Positions 1 through 8,760 of a stretch of DNA of 22,361 nucleotides are shown here, piece by piece; positions within the stretch are counted from its first letter, which is position 1; every line of letters starts with the position of its first letter. Source of the stretch: Polyangiales bacterium. GTDB taxonomy: Bacteria > Myxococcota_A > Polyangia > Polyangiales > Polyangiaceae. A program made the translations under genes and the position numbers. The notes under the pieces were generated by a model. That model was not told where the DNA came from, ran no database searches, and saw only the letters and a list, made by a program, of their open reading frames with translations. The DNA is taken from NCBI GenBank assembly GCA_038230375.1, contig JBBRNJ010000116.1, forward strand, positions 1 to 22,361. Direction: 5' to 3'.

Positions 1-88
1 AGGCCGCCAGGTACTGCGCACACGCCTCTTCGCCCGCGAAGCGAGCCTGAAATTCCCGCAAGTTTGCTGGAAACGATGGCCTGGGCAA
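1..88 (-). mobile_element. IS1595-family (ISXO2-like) transposase, 5' end; runs off the window start
   Basis: Not in the ORF track. The minus strand from TTG at 88 reads (M)PRPSFPANLREFQARFAGEEACAQYLAA, matching the recalled IS1595 N-terminus (FP..L.EFQ.RF..E.AC..YL) that precedes the Zn-ribbon. Confidence 0.8.
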
Positions 89-94
89 GACCCC

Positions 95-123
95 ATACTA
101 CCGGCAGGGTCTTGCTGAAACAA
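95..123 (-). promoter_or_regulatory. sigma70-type promoter of the IS transposase (TTGTTT-N17-TAGTAT), probably leaderless
   Basis: Minus-strand -35 at 123-118, 17-bp spacer, -10 at 100-95. Only 6 nt separate the -10 from the TTG start at 88. Confidence 0.55.
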
Positions 124-134
124 CCGGACAAGCA
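114..134 (-). repeat. Probable left terminal inverted repeat of the IS1595 element (TGCTTGTCCGGTTGTTTCAGC on the minus strand)
   Basis: Lies just upstream of the transposase start and resembles recalled IS1595-type ends. The partner repeat is outside the window, so the exact boundary is unverified. Confidence 0.55.
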
Positions 135-142
135 GGAGCTAT

Positions 143-1624
143 CTAGCGTGGCTGCTGCGTGATCTTCGTCATCGTGGTCTCGCGCTGCCACACAATGGCG
201 TTCTGCTGCGTGTCCACGACGCGGACGGTGAGCGCGTACGTGGACTTGTTCTTCTCGCCCGGGCTGGGCCGCTGCTCGATCCAGCCGGTGCATGCATAGC
301 GTGCGTTCGCAGCGCGCGCGATGTCGCTCGCGTCATCCAATGACCGACCGGCGAGCGCGCGGTCTGCGGCGGGCCTGTCGAGCACGACCGCGGCCTGAGA
401 ACGCAAGAACCAGCTCTCCGCTTCACGGCGCGGAGACTCGAGCACCGGCTGCGCGACCGCCGCCGTCATCTTGTTCGTGAACGGGAGAACGATGACGACT
501 GGCCGCGGGTTCTGCGTGAGCCACTCCGTCATGGTGCGCGACCCACCCAGATAGGACATCGCCTCTTGCGTCATGCGGCGCGTGTCGTCCGCGTCCAGCA
601 TGCCTTGCGCGGGAGCCTGCGGCGTCTCGGGCGGCGGCGGATCGAACCGCGGGTTGTCCCGCTTCTCATCCGGTTTGGCCTTGTCGTCGGACGGGCGGTC
701 CTTGCTGTCCTTGCCGGCGCCGCTGGTGAGCGCACCAAGGCCAATGGACAATCCCATGTAGGTTGCACGCGAATCCGTGGAGCCTGCCGCGCCCGGGGGA
801 GTCCCTGCGCCGTGCAGCCACGCGCCGTCGAAGCAGATCAGGAAGGGCGCCGCGGTGCCGTCCTTGTAGATGGGCAGCGCGCCGCACGCCTTCATGCTGA
901 TGTCCTCCGGCACGGGCGCGTCGTGGCGCTGCGCGTAGGTGCGGTATTCGCCGCGAAGGTAGACGGGCAAGATGTGGAGCTGCGCGTAGCCGCCGCCCAT
1001 GGGTGCGCCGTCGAGCGAGCGCTTTTGATCGTTGCCGGTGTTGTATCGCCCGCCGAGCGTGATGCCGCCCACGGCGCCGGCCTCGATCGAGTAGCCCTCC
1101 CATACGGCGGTGAAGCCGACCTGCCCTTCTGGCAGATCAAGGTGCGAGTAGAGATACGAGTCGTTGCCGCGATACTCACCGCCCGCGCCGATGCGGAGGT
1201 ATGGACCGAAGTGGTCGGTGATGGGCGCGTACAGCCCGCCGAGGATGTTGGTGCGATAGGCGCCGTCCAGGCCGGTCGCGCCGCCGCCCAGGTGCGCGAG
1301 GTAGTCGAAGTGGAAGTGGATGATGGAGTAGCTGCCTGTGCCTTGGCCCTCGCTGCCGATGGTGAACCCCAGGCCGCTGCTGTCCTGGTTGCTACCGCGA
1401 ACGAGGCTGCTGTTGCCGCGGAGGTAGAGCGCATCGAGCTCGGCGTTGACGTGCCACCCGGCCTTGCGCCAGAACTCGTCGTCGGTGGACTCGCCGTCCT
1501 TCTTTTCCTTCTTGGCGTCGTCGCTGTCGTCGCTGGCTTTCGGCAGATCGGCGGCGTGCGCCGAACGCGAGAACATGGTGGTGCCCACGAGGACGAGGAA
1601 GAGGGCGAACGCCGGTCGCCTCAT
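143..1624 (-). CDS. Exported protein: probable outer-membrane beta-barrel fused through a charged/Pro linker to a C-terminal LpoB/CsgG-like domain
   Basis: Signal peptide MRRPAFALFLVLVG...AHA. Alternating aromatic/Gly strands end at TYMGLSIGLG. The C-terminus (RPVVIVLPFTN...YALTVRVVDTQQNAIVW) resembles LpoB-type domains. An alternative start exists at 1642. Confidence 0.7.
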   Translation of the reverse strand: MRRPAFALFLVLVGTTMFSRSAHAADLPKASDDSDDAKKEKKDGESTDDEFWRKAGWHVNAELDALYLRGNSSLVRGSNQDSSGLGFTIGSEGQGTGSYSIIHFHFDYLAHLGGGATGLDGAYRTNILGGLYAPITDHFGPYLRIGAGGEYRGNDSYLYSHLDLPEGQVGFTAVWEGYSIEAGAVGGITLGGRYNTGNDQKRSLDGAPMGGGYAQLHILPVYLRGEYRTYAQRHDAPVPEDISMKACGALPIYKDGTAAPFLICFDGAWLHGAGTPPGAAGSTDSRATYMGLSIGLGALTSGAGKDSKDRPSDDKAKPDEKRDNPRFDPPPPETPQAPAQGMLDADDTRRMTQEAMSYLGGSRTMTEWLTQNPRPVVIVLPFTNKMTAAVAQPVLESPRREAESWFLRSQAAVVLDRPAADRALAGRSLDDASDIARAANARYACTGWIEQRPSPGEKNKSTYALTVRVVDTQQNAIVWQRETTMTKITQQPR

Positions 1625-1654
1625 TCGTGATTCACGGCGCATCGCATGGCCCTG

Positions 1655-2386
1655 CTAGTTGGCGGCGCCGGGCGAAGGGCTGGCAAGCACCACGAAGTCC
1701 GTGGCGTTGCTGTCGGTGTCGTGGCCGTCGGGCTTGCGACCAATCGACTTGTTGGTCGCTGGGCCCGGCGCGGCGTTCTTTTCGACATAGGTATTGCCGC
1801 CCGTCAGCGTGCCGTAGCCGATGGAATCGATGACCTTGCTGCTGGGGTCGAGGATGGCAAGGCGGCCGTCATTGGCAAGACCGCCCGTGATCTTCGGCAA
1901 CGACGCGCCACCCGCGTACCCACTGCCGACCATCAGGAAGTAGCCGTGGGACGGGATCGAATCGCCTGACTTGCCCACATACATGGCGCTCGGCGGGGAG
2001 TTGCTAGCCGAAGAGTAGTTCAGTGTGTACTTGTTCAACGGGAGCGCGCAGCCGGCTGGATTGTAGAGTTCGACGAACTCATCGGACGCGGTGCCACCCG
2101 CCGTCTGAACCTCGTTGATCACGACCTCGCCCGCGCAGAGACCGGAGTCCATGCCCATCTGGATGGTGCCGGAGTCCTTACCGGTGCCGGTCGAACCTCC
2201 GCTGTCCATGTCTGCTGGGGTGCCGGCGTCGTCCGTCGTCACTGGCGTACCGCTGTCGGTGTCCTCACCAGGCAGGAAGGCGGGACCATTGATCTCGGTG
2301 CCAGTCGCACAACCCGAGAGGCCATTCGCGCAGCAAACGCCGGCGAGGATTGTCAGACCCAATACCCCCCGGGCAAACCCGTTCAT
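1655..2386 (-). CDS. Lamin-tail-domain (LTD) lipoprotein
   Basis: ATG at 2386 follows GAGGG. Lipobox-like LSGC, a low-complexity D/G/T linker, then VVINEV...DEFVELYNP...IDSIGYG...SIGRKPDGHDTD...SPGAAN, typical of bacterial LTDs. Confidence 0.85.
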   Translation of the reverse strand: MNGFARGVLGLTILAGVCCANGLSGCATGTEINGPAFLPGEDTDSGTPVTTDDAGTPADMDSGGSTGTGKDSGTIQMGMDSGLCAGEVVINEVQTAGGTASDEFVELYNPAGCALPLNKYTLNYSSASNSPPSAMYVGKSGDSIPSHGYFLMVGSGYAGGASLPKITGGLANDGRLAILDPSSKVIDSIGYGTLTGGNTYVEKNAAPGPATNKSIGRKPDGHDTDSNATDFVVLASPSPGAAN

Positions 2387-2474
2387 GCCCTCAAACACTA
2401 ACAGTTCGCGCCCGACTGAGCTTGCTGTTTTCGCGGTGGGGCGGGCTGCAATCCGCTGACTCGGCAGCCAGGCT

Positions 2475-2804
2475 TCAGCTGGCTTTGCTGGTCGGGCGGG
2501 TCTGCTCGTAGCGGAGGATGTCCGTGAGTGCATCGATCATGGACTGCGCGATCGCTTGCGGGGTCTGGCCGCTCTTGGCAGCCTTCATCCGCATGCCCGA
2601 GCTTGCGCCACTCGCGCGCCGGTCCTGTTGGTCCAGCTGACGGCGCTCGCCTACGTGGCTCGTGAGCCGAACGACTTCGGACCCGTTCGTGTTGCTTCCC
2701 GTTCCGGGAGGCATCGGGGGTGAGGAACGCCGACGCGAGCCTTTGCGGCGGTCGGTGTCGGGACGATCGTTGTCCGGGGTGCTTCTCATTGATGAATCTC
2801 GCAT
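2475..2804 (-). CDS. Small basic, disordered hypothetical protein
   Basis: 109-aa ORF filling the gap between the SDR and LTD genes in the same orientation, with a helical C-terminus (QAIAQSMIDALTDILRYEQ). No family recognised. Confidence 0.5.
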   Translation of the reverse strand: MRDSSMRSTPDNDRPDTDRRKGSRRRSSPPMPPGTGSNTNGSEVVRLTSHVGERRQLDQQDRRASGASSGMRMKAAKSGQTPQAIAQSMIDALTDILRYEQTRPTSKAS

Positions 2805-2881
2805 GATCTTTATATCGCGTACGGTCCGTCGGGCTGCCCAGTTAACGGCTGCTGCCTGTTAACCCGCGCCCCCCAGGAAGG

Positions 2882-2907
2882 GTTCCCAGAAAGCGTTCCC
2901 AGAAAGC
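2882..2907. repeat. 13-bp tandem direct repeat GTTCCCAGAAAGC x2, followed by an inverted half-site CTGGGAA (2910-2916)
   Basis: Read directly from the lower-GC intergenic region upstream of the 109-aa ORF. Confidence 0.7.
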
Positions 2908-3083
2908 TCCTGGGAAAGATGCGACACGATCGCCCGTTTGTCCGTCTCATTTCGTGGGGTGCTGTCCCCCTACTCATCCGGGTCTGGGTTACATGTCGTA
3001 CAAGGTACTCCACGTCGGCCCGAACCTTGCCTGAGGAGCGGTCTAGCCCACTTTGCTGAATCTGCCAGGAAAAAGGCCGTCTC

Positions 3084-3902
3084 CTAAAGAAAGAAATCCG
3101 GGGCGAGATTAGCTCCTGGGACCATTGAGTATTTCTCGAAGTCAGCCACCCCTCCAGCCCGCAGAATGTCTTCGTCCACGAAGAAGTTTCCGCTGCACTC
3201 CCGTGCAGGCCTTGTGAGGATGAGATGGGCTGCATCGGCCATGATGTCGGGCTTGCGGCTGACCTGGATCAACGCATCCCCACCCAGCAGGTTCTGAACG
3301 GCGGCGGTGGCGATGGTGGTGCGCGGCCAGAGCGCGTTGACCGCGACCTTGCCCTTGAACTCCTCGGCCATGCCGAGGACGCACATGCTCATGCCGAACT
3401 TCGCCATCGTGTAGGCCACGTGCGGACCGAACCACCGGGCCTCCATGTTGAGGGGCGGCGAGAGGTTCAAGATGTGCGGGTTCTCCGCCTTGAGGAGATG
3501 CGGAAGGCACGCCTGCGAACAAGCGAACGTGCCGCGCGTATTCACGCCGTGCATCAGATCGTAGCGCTTCATCGCGGTCTCGATCGTGCCGGTGAGGCTG
3601 ATAGCGCTGGCGTTGTTGACGAGGATGTCGATGCCGCCGAACTTCTCGACGGTCTTCTTCACCGCGTCGGCGATCTGGTCCTCCGACCGGACGTCGACGA
3701 CGAGCGGGAGGGCCTTGCCGCCGGCCTTCTCGATCTCCTCCGCCGCGCTGTAGATGGTGCCGGGGAGCTTGGCGTGCGTCTCCGCGGTCTTCGCGGCGAT
3801 CGTGATGTTCGCGCCGTCCTGTGCTGCGCGCAGCGCGATGGCCTTGCCAATGCCTCGGCTCGCGCCGGTGATGAAGAGAGTCTTGCCTTTGAGGGTACCC
3901 AT
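3084..3902 (-). CDS. Short-chain dehydrogenase/reductase, HSDL2-like (no SCP2 domain)
   Basis: TGASRGIG Rossmann motif, NNAS, catalytic YTMAK, and HSDL2-subfamily strings AAKT...HAKLPGTIYSAA, NPHILNLSPP and NALWPRT. Start placed at MGTLKGK. Confidence 0.92.
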   Translation of the reverse strand: MGTLKGKTLFITGASRGIGKAIALRAAQDGANITIAAKTAETHAKLPGTIYSAAEEIEKAGGKALPLVVDVRSEDQIADAVKKTVEKFGGIDILVNNASAISLTGTIETAMKRYDLMHGVNTRGTFACSQACLPHLLKAENPHILNLSPPLNMEARWFGPHVAYTMAKFGMSMCVLGMAEEFKGKVAVNALWPRTTIATAAVQNLLGGDALIQVSRKPDIMADAAHLILTRPARECSGNFFVDEDILRAGGVADFEKYSMVPGANLAPDFFL

Positions 3903-3995
3903 GGGGAAAGGAGCTTTGCCGGACGCCGTGGACCACGTCAAGGGCGCGGAGAGAGACTGCGCCCGAAAGACTTCAAGAGGTTGTAGGGTGGGTGC

Positions 3996-5654
3996 GTGAC
4001 GAAGAGGCAGAACGAGGGCTCGTTCGACGAGCCGCCGCGTTTCTCGGAGAGCGACGACACGGGCTCGTTCCTTCCGGGCTACTTCGAGGCGCAGTACGAG
4101 GCGCTGTTCGCGGAGACGCTGAACAAGGGGCCGATCACCGCGGCGCGGCGCGAGCGCCTCGATCTGGCTGCCGAGGCGCTGGGCTTCGATCCGGAGCGCG
4201 TCGAGCGCCTGGAGGCCGCGTTGCTCGCTGCCTACGAGGCAAAGTCCGCCATCACGGCGACCGAGATCGAGTGGGGCGACACCTGGACGGGCTCACCGCT
4301 CCCCACGCCGATTCCCCCGGAGACCAATCCGGCCCCGCCGCCAGAGTTCGCCGCGCACGACAACATCCCGGGTCCAGCAAGGCTCCCCTCCACATCGACC
4401 TCGCCAAGAACCGCGACCGCGACCGCGACCTCGACCCCCCACTCGACCTCTCCCTCGACCCGCCCCTCCCCCACGACCTCCGTCTCGCCCTCCGCCTCCC
4501 CCTCGACCGCGCACGCCGGTCGAACCTCCCGTCCTCCGCCAGCGTCCCTTCCGCCGATCTCGATCCCGATCTCCACGTGGAACCAACCGAAGACCCCTTC
4601 GACGATCCCCCCAGCTCCGGCGTACTCGCCACCGACGTCCCCTCCCACGATGCCGCCGGCGTACTCACCGCCGACGATCCCGCCTGGACCCAACGCGCAC
4701 CTCCATCATCGCTTCGGCGTGTCGAGCGAGGCGGGCGCGCTCGACGAGCAGTTCTGCGCGGCAGCCGTCCTGGTGCATCGCGGTGGCGCAACACCGGAGC
4801 AGTCGGCGCTCTACGAGGCATATCGCACGAACGCGCTGCCGCAACCTGCGCGTGGTCTGTCGGTCGCGGGATGGCAGAAGCTCTTTCACTCGTCGCGTGA
4901 TCGCGTCGTCGGTGACATCCTCGCGGAGGTGGCGTCGGCCGTGCTGATCGGTCGCGTGACGTCGCTACGGCGTCACAACATGCTGCCCGAGCTGCGACCT
5001 GCAGAGCATCACGATCCCGGGGTCTCCACCGTGAGCGCCATTCGCGCGCTCGGGTGGTCCGCCTCCACGCTGGGTCTTGCGACGCCCCCGCTCTACGTGA
5101 CCGCGGACTCGGCGCGCGAGCTCGAGATCGTGATGGCCGTGCCTCCCGCGATCCGCGTCGGCCAGCCGCTGCTCGTGGGGCGCAGCTCCCTGGACCTGGC
5201 GTTCATGTGCGGCAGGTTCATGAGCTACTTCCGCGCGGACCACTTCGTGCTCGCAATGGTCCCCACCGTGGGTCATCTGGAGGAGATCTTCTGGGCCGCG
5301 CTCACCATCGGCGCACCACACCTCTCGCTCAAGCCGGAGCTGCGCACGCGCCTCAAGCTCGTCGCCGAGACGATCGAGGCGATGCTGGAGCCGCAGGCGC
5401 GCGTGGCGCTGGTGGAGAACGCGCGCACGTTCCTGAGCTCTGGCCAGAGCTTTGGTCTCGCGGACTGGGCGCGCGGCGCGGAGCTCACAGCGAACCGCGC
5501 CGGGCTCCTCCTCTGCTCGGACCTGGAGACCGCGTGTGGCGTCCTCGAGAACGAGCCGAACGGGAGGGACGGCATCAACGACCTCGAAGAGTTCTGGATC
5601 TCCGACGCCGCAAGCGAGCTCCGCGCCGAGCTTGGCATAGCCATACTTCCATAG
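3996..5654 (+). CDS. Hypothetical protein: small helical N-domain, Thr/Ser/Pro-rich linker, C-terminal domain resembling a degenerate M48 peptidase fold
   Basis: 552-aa ORF with GC3-biased codons. LAFMCGRFMSY and ELTANRAGLLLC echo the M48 HExxH and E..ADR.GLL motifs, but HExxH itself is absent. Confidence 0.75.
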   Translation: MTKRQNEGSFDEPPRFSESDDTGSFLPGYFEAQYEALFAETLNKGPITAARRERLDLAAEALGFDPERVERLEAALLAAYEAKSAITATEIEWGDTWTGSPLPTPIPPETNPAPPPEFAAHDNIPGPARLPSTSTSPRTATATATSTPHSTSPSTRPSPTTSVSPSASPSTAHAGRTSRPPPASLPPISIPISTWNQPKTPSTIPPAPAYSPPTSPPTMPPAYSPPTIPPGPNAHLHHRFGVSSEAGALDEQFCAAAVLVHRGGATPEQSALYEAYRTNALPQPARGLSVAGWQKLFHSSRDRVVGDILAEVASAVLIGRVTSLRRHNMLPELRPAEHHDPGVSTVSAIRALGWSASTLGLATPPLYVTADSARELEIVMAVPPAIRVGQPLLVGRSSLDLAFMCGRFMSYFRADHFVLAMVPTVGHLEEIFWAALTIGAPHLSLKPELRTRLKLVAETIEAMLEPQARVALVENARTFLSSGQSFGLADWARGAELTANRAGLLLCSDLETACGVLENEPNGRDGINDLEEFWISDAASELRAELGIAILP

Positions 5655-5807
5655 GTGATGTCGCCTGGTTAGGCGGGCTGCTCACTGGCCCTGACGACAG
5701 CGGGAGCGAGCTGTAAGCTCGGGCTGGCTCGCCGCGTTCAGCATGTGTCCCCGAAGCGCGAGATCGTTTGGACCCGCTTCACGTCGAACGGAAACAGAGG
5801 AACAAGA

Positions 5808-7235
5808 ATGAACCGCCCGCTTGCATCACTGGTCTTGTTTGGTGTCTTCACGTTCGTGGCGTGCTCGCCAAGGGTGATCGTGGTGCACGACGCCGCGCCC
5901 GCGAACAACACGAACACCACCGCCGCCAATGACCCCAACTCGCCCATCGCGACGGATCCGGTGGCCTCGAACCGCAAGCCCGGCGATGACTCCGACTGGG
6001 GCATTCGCGACCGCAACGACTCCGTGGAATATGCACGCGTCGTCAACAAGGTCGCCAACATGGCGAGCGACTCGGATCTCTCTTCGCGCGTCGCGCGTCG
6101 CGGGATGTCGCTCGTGAATGTGACGTGGGAAGACACGGGGCGCGCGGAGAACTCCGCGCTCGGCCCCAACATCTCGGACCTCACGCTGCAGGTTCGCCGC
6201 CACGAGGGCAACGGTTTCCAGGCTTCGCTCATGCCGGTCATCCGGCCGCCGAACTTCTCGGACAAGACGGGCGACGTCGCCGCGGACAAGTTCTTCATCC
6301 GGGTGGGCAACCAGACGCGCGGTGGTGACCTCTCCACCGTGCCGCTCACGGACGTGCTGAAGAACATCAAGGCGTTTGCGAGCGTGCCCGACAGCATCCT
6401 TGGTGACGGCAACCTGCTCGCGGCCCGCGACTCGCACTTCCTCGTCAGCGCGCAGGCCGTGTTCCTCCCCATCCCGAAGACCGGCAAGGCGGAGTTCAAT
6501 CCGGTGCTCTTCAACTATCAGTCGGCGCCGCGCTCGCCCGCAGTGCTCTCCATCCTGGTCACGCGTCAGGGCACGAGCGTCAGCGTGATCGAGAACGAGA
6601 GCGAGGACCAGACCGCGGGCGGCGGCGGCCAGGAGATCTACTTCAACAACAAGGGGCAGCGCGCGAGCTTCACGGCGGAGCGCAAGACCGACGTCGAGAA
6701 CCGCATTGCCGCGCAGGGCGGACCCAAGAACGACGACGACAAGAGCGCGCTCGCGAAGGGCGCAGACGTCCTCTTCCTGGTGCAGGTGCCGCTCATCCAC
6801 AAGCAGATGGGTCGCCTCGGCGGCGCGATGGATGATCCGGGTGCCGGTGGCGGTGGTCTGTCTGCAGCGTCGAAGGGCGCGCCTCCCCCTCCCCAGTCGG
6901 CGCCCGCGCCCGCCGGTGCGATGGCCGACTCGAAGAAGGAGCGCAGCGACGTCGAGCAGGCAGTGCTTGGTCACGGCCCGAACCTCGGACCGTTCAACGA
7001 GGGTCATCGCCTGCGCCTGCAGCGCGATCCCAAGTTCCCGATCCGCATCACGGTGCAGTTCTACAAGGCGACCTCCAACGGCGTCGTTTCCGACATCGAT
7101 CTGGACAGCATCTCGCGGTCCATCGGCAGCGTGTACGAGCACGCGGATTTCGTCGGCTCGCTCGTCATCCCCGAAGGCGATCCGCGGCGCCCCACGTCGT
7201 GGCAGAAGATGCCGCGCGAGTGGTTCCCTTGGTAG
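5808..7235 (+). CDS. Uncharacterised lipoprotein of a conserved family (VTWEDTGR...GPNISDLTL)
   Basis: ATG at 5808 follows GAGG. Lipoprotein signal ends in FVAC. Strong codon bias and globular conserved-looking blocks. Confidence 0.85.
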   Translation: MNRPLASLVLFGVFTFVACSPRVIVVHDAAPANNTNTTAANDPNSPIATDPVASNRKPGDDSDWGIRDRNDSVEYARVVNKVANMASDSDLSSRVARRGMSLVNVTWEDTGRAENSALGPNISDLTLQVRRHEGNGFQASLMPVIRPPNFSDKTGDVAADKFFIRVGNQTRGGDLSTVPLTDVLKNIKAFASVPDSILGDGNLLAARDSHFLVSAQAVFLPIPKTGKAEFNPVLFNYQSAPRSPAVLSILVTRQGTSVSVIENESEDQTAGGGGQEIYFNNKGQRASFTAERKTDVENRIAAQGGPKNDDDKSALAKGADVLFLVQVPLIHKQMGRLGGAMDDPGAGGGGLSAASKGAPPPPQSAPAPAGAMADSKKERSDVEQAVLGHGPNLGPFNEGHRLRLQRDPKFPIRITVQFYKATSNGVVSDIDLDSISRSIGSVYEHADFVGSLVIPEGDPRRPTSWQKMPREWFPW

Positions 7236-7261
7236 TCGCGGGCACGTGATGTCGGCCCAGC

Positions 7262-8737
7262 TCAGTGAGGCGCGCGTCGCCTCATGAGCTGGAGTCCGCC
7301 GAAGTCGAGCGCGGCGATGTCCTGGGTGCCATCGACCACCAGCAAGAACGGCTCTCCGCCATCCTTCGCAACGAACGACGTGGGTGACGTGAAGACGATC
7401 TCGCTGTCGATCCCGAGACGTGCCGAGGTGAGCGTGAGGCGGCCGTTTCGTCGGTGAACCGTGATCTCGATGCGGAAGACCTCGTACATGGCCTCGAATA
7501 CGCCGACGATGCGATCCTGATCCGCGGCGGTCACCACGGTCGCCACGAGTTCCGTGGGCGCCACGTCCGGCCACCGGTATTCGGCGGCGATCGCATAGAG
7601 CACCTCGCGCAGCAACGGGCGGCCGCCACCACCATTCACCATCACGGCGGCGCCCTGATCGGTCTCGGGGAAGTAGATGACCTCACCAAGGAACCCTTCG
7701 TCCTCGCCCTGGTGGCCAAAGTGGAGCGCGCGGCCCTTCCCTTCCACCATGGGCCCGAGCCCGAACGGCGACTTGTCCGCCGCCGTGAGCATCTGCGTGG
7801 CGGTGTCCGCCTTGAGGAGCCCGTCATGCGTGCGAGACGCGCTGATCGCCCGCGCCCACGCGAGCAGATCGGAAGGCGTGGACCAGAGGCCTGCCGCAGC
7901 CATCTCCGGGTAGACGTGCGCGCCACCCGCGACCGGACGACCCGCGACGTCGTGCGCGGTCGCCGCAGCTGCCTGCTCACCGGCTGACAGCGCCTGGTCG
8001 AACGTGCTGTGCGTCATGCCCGCGGGCGTGAGCACCAGCTCCCGCATGAGCGCCGGAAACGGCTTGTGCGTGCGGTCCATCAGGACCAGCTGCTCGATGG
8101 TGACGCCGCCGCCGGAGTAGCGCGTGTTGCTGCCAGGGACAGCGAGCACGCGGATCGCAGGCGTGTTCGAAGGCGGCTGCCCGTCCAGGATCTGCGTGAT
8201 GGTCGGGAGGGGCGCACCAGCGGCGTAACCAGGAAAGCCATGCACATTGGTGCACGCGGTATGCGTGAGGATGCGCCGCAGCGTGACCTTCTCCTTCACG
8301 GTGAGCGGGTTCTCGGGCACCTTCCATGAAGAGAGGAACGTGTTCACGTCCGCGTCGAGCGAGAGCTCACCGCGATCCACGAGACGCAGCGTTGCCGTCG
8401 CGGTGATGGGCTTGCTGATCGACGCAGCCTGGAAGAGCGTCTCTGCGGTCACCGGGGCAAGGCCGCCGGCCTTCGTCACGCCAAAGCCGCGCGCCCATGC
8501 GAGCGCGCCGCCCTCGAACACGGCGACGCTGAGGCCAGGCACGTTGTAGTGCGCCATGCGTGCGTCGAGGGAGAAGCTCTCGCGCGGAGAGTTGACGACG
8601 TGGATGGTGGGGAGCAGCGACCGGGTGACGCGGTCCACGGGATCGTCGGAGACAGCGGCGGCGGGTCGGCAGGCGCACGCGATGAGCGAGAGGGCGACCA
8701 GGAGCGAGAACGCACGCACGAGAGCGGACTCTACCAT
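7262..8737 (-). CDS. Serine hydrolase, class C beta-lactamase/PBP-like family, probably a lipoprotein
   Basis: SxxK in FQAASISK, VPGLSVAV, LTHTA, YSGGG and HQG motifs, with lipobox-like LIAC. Start is ATG 8737 or GTG 8719; the upstream VE-repeat extension in the ORF track is the DNA repeat. Confidence 0.9.
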   Translation of the reverse strand: MVESALVRAFSLLVALSLIACACRPAAAVSDDPVDRVTRSLLPTIHVVNSPRESFSLDARMAHYNVPGLSVAVFEGGALAWARGFGVTKAGGLAPVTAETLFQAASISKPITATATLRLVDRGELSLDADVNTFLSSWKVPENPLTVKEKVTLRRILTHTACTNVHGFPGYAAGAPLPTITQILDGQPPSNTPAIRVLAVPGSNTRYSGGGVTIEQLVLMDRTHKPFPALMRELVLTPAGMTHSTFDQALSAGEQAAAATAHDVAGRPVAGGAHVYPEMAAAGLWSTPSDLLAWARAISASRTHDGLLKADTATQMLTAADKSPFGLGPMVEGKGRALHFGHQGEDEGFLGEVIYFPETDQGAAVMVNGGGGRPLLREVLYAIAAEYRWPDVAPTELVATVVTAADQDRIVGVFEAMYEVFRIEITVHRRNGRLTLTSARLGIDSEIVFTSPTSFVAKDGGEPFLLVVDGTQDIAALDFGGLQLMRRRAPH

Positions 8738-8760
8738 CGAGAACGACGACGACGACCACA

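Noticed and set aside
2810..3235. 141-aa minus-strand ORF
   Set aside because: It overlaps the SDR 3' end in another frame, spans a lower-GC regulatory region, and lacks codon bias.
5826..7574. Long antisense or alternate-frame ORFs (e.g. 5826-7574, 13781-15358, 16922-18427, 11291-12634, 566-1630)
   Set aside because: They are shadows of real genes caused by high-GC codon bias, are Arg/Ala/Gly-rich, and show no family motifs.
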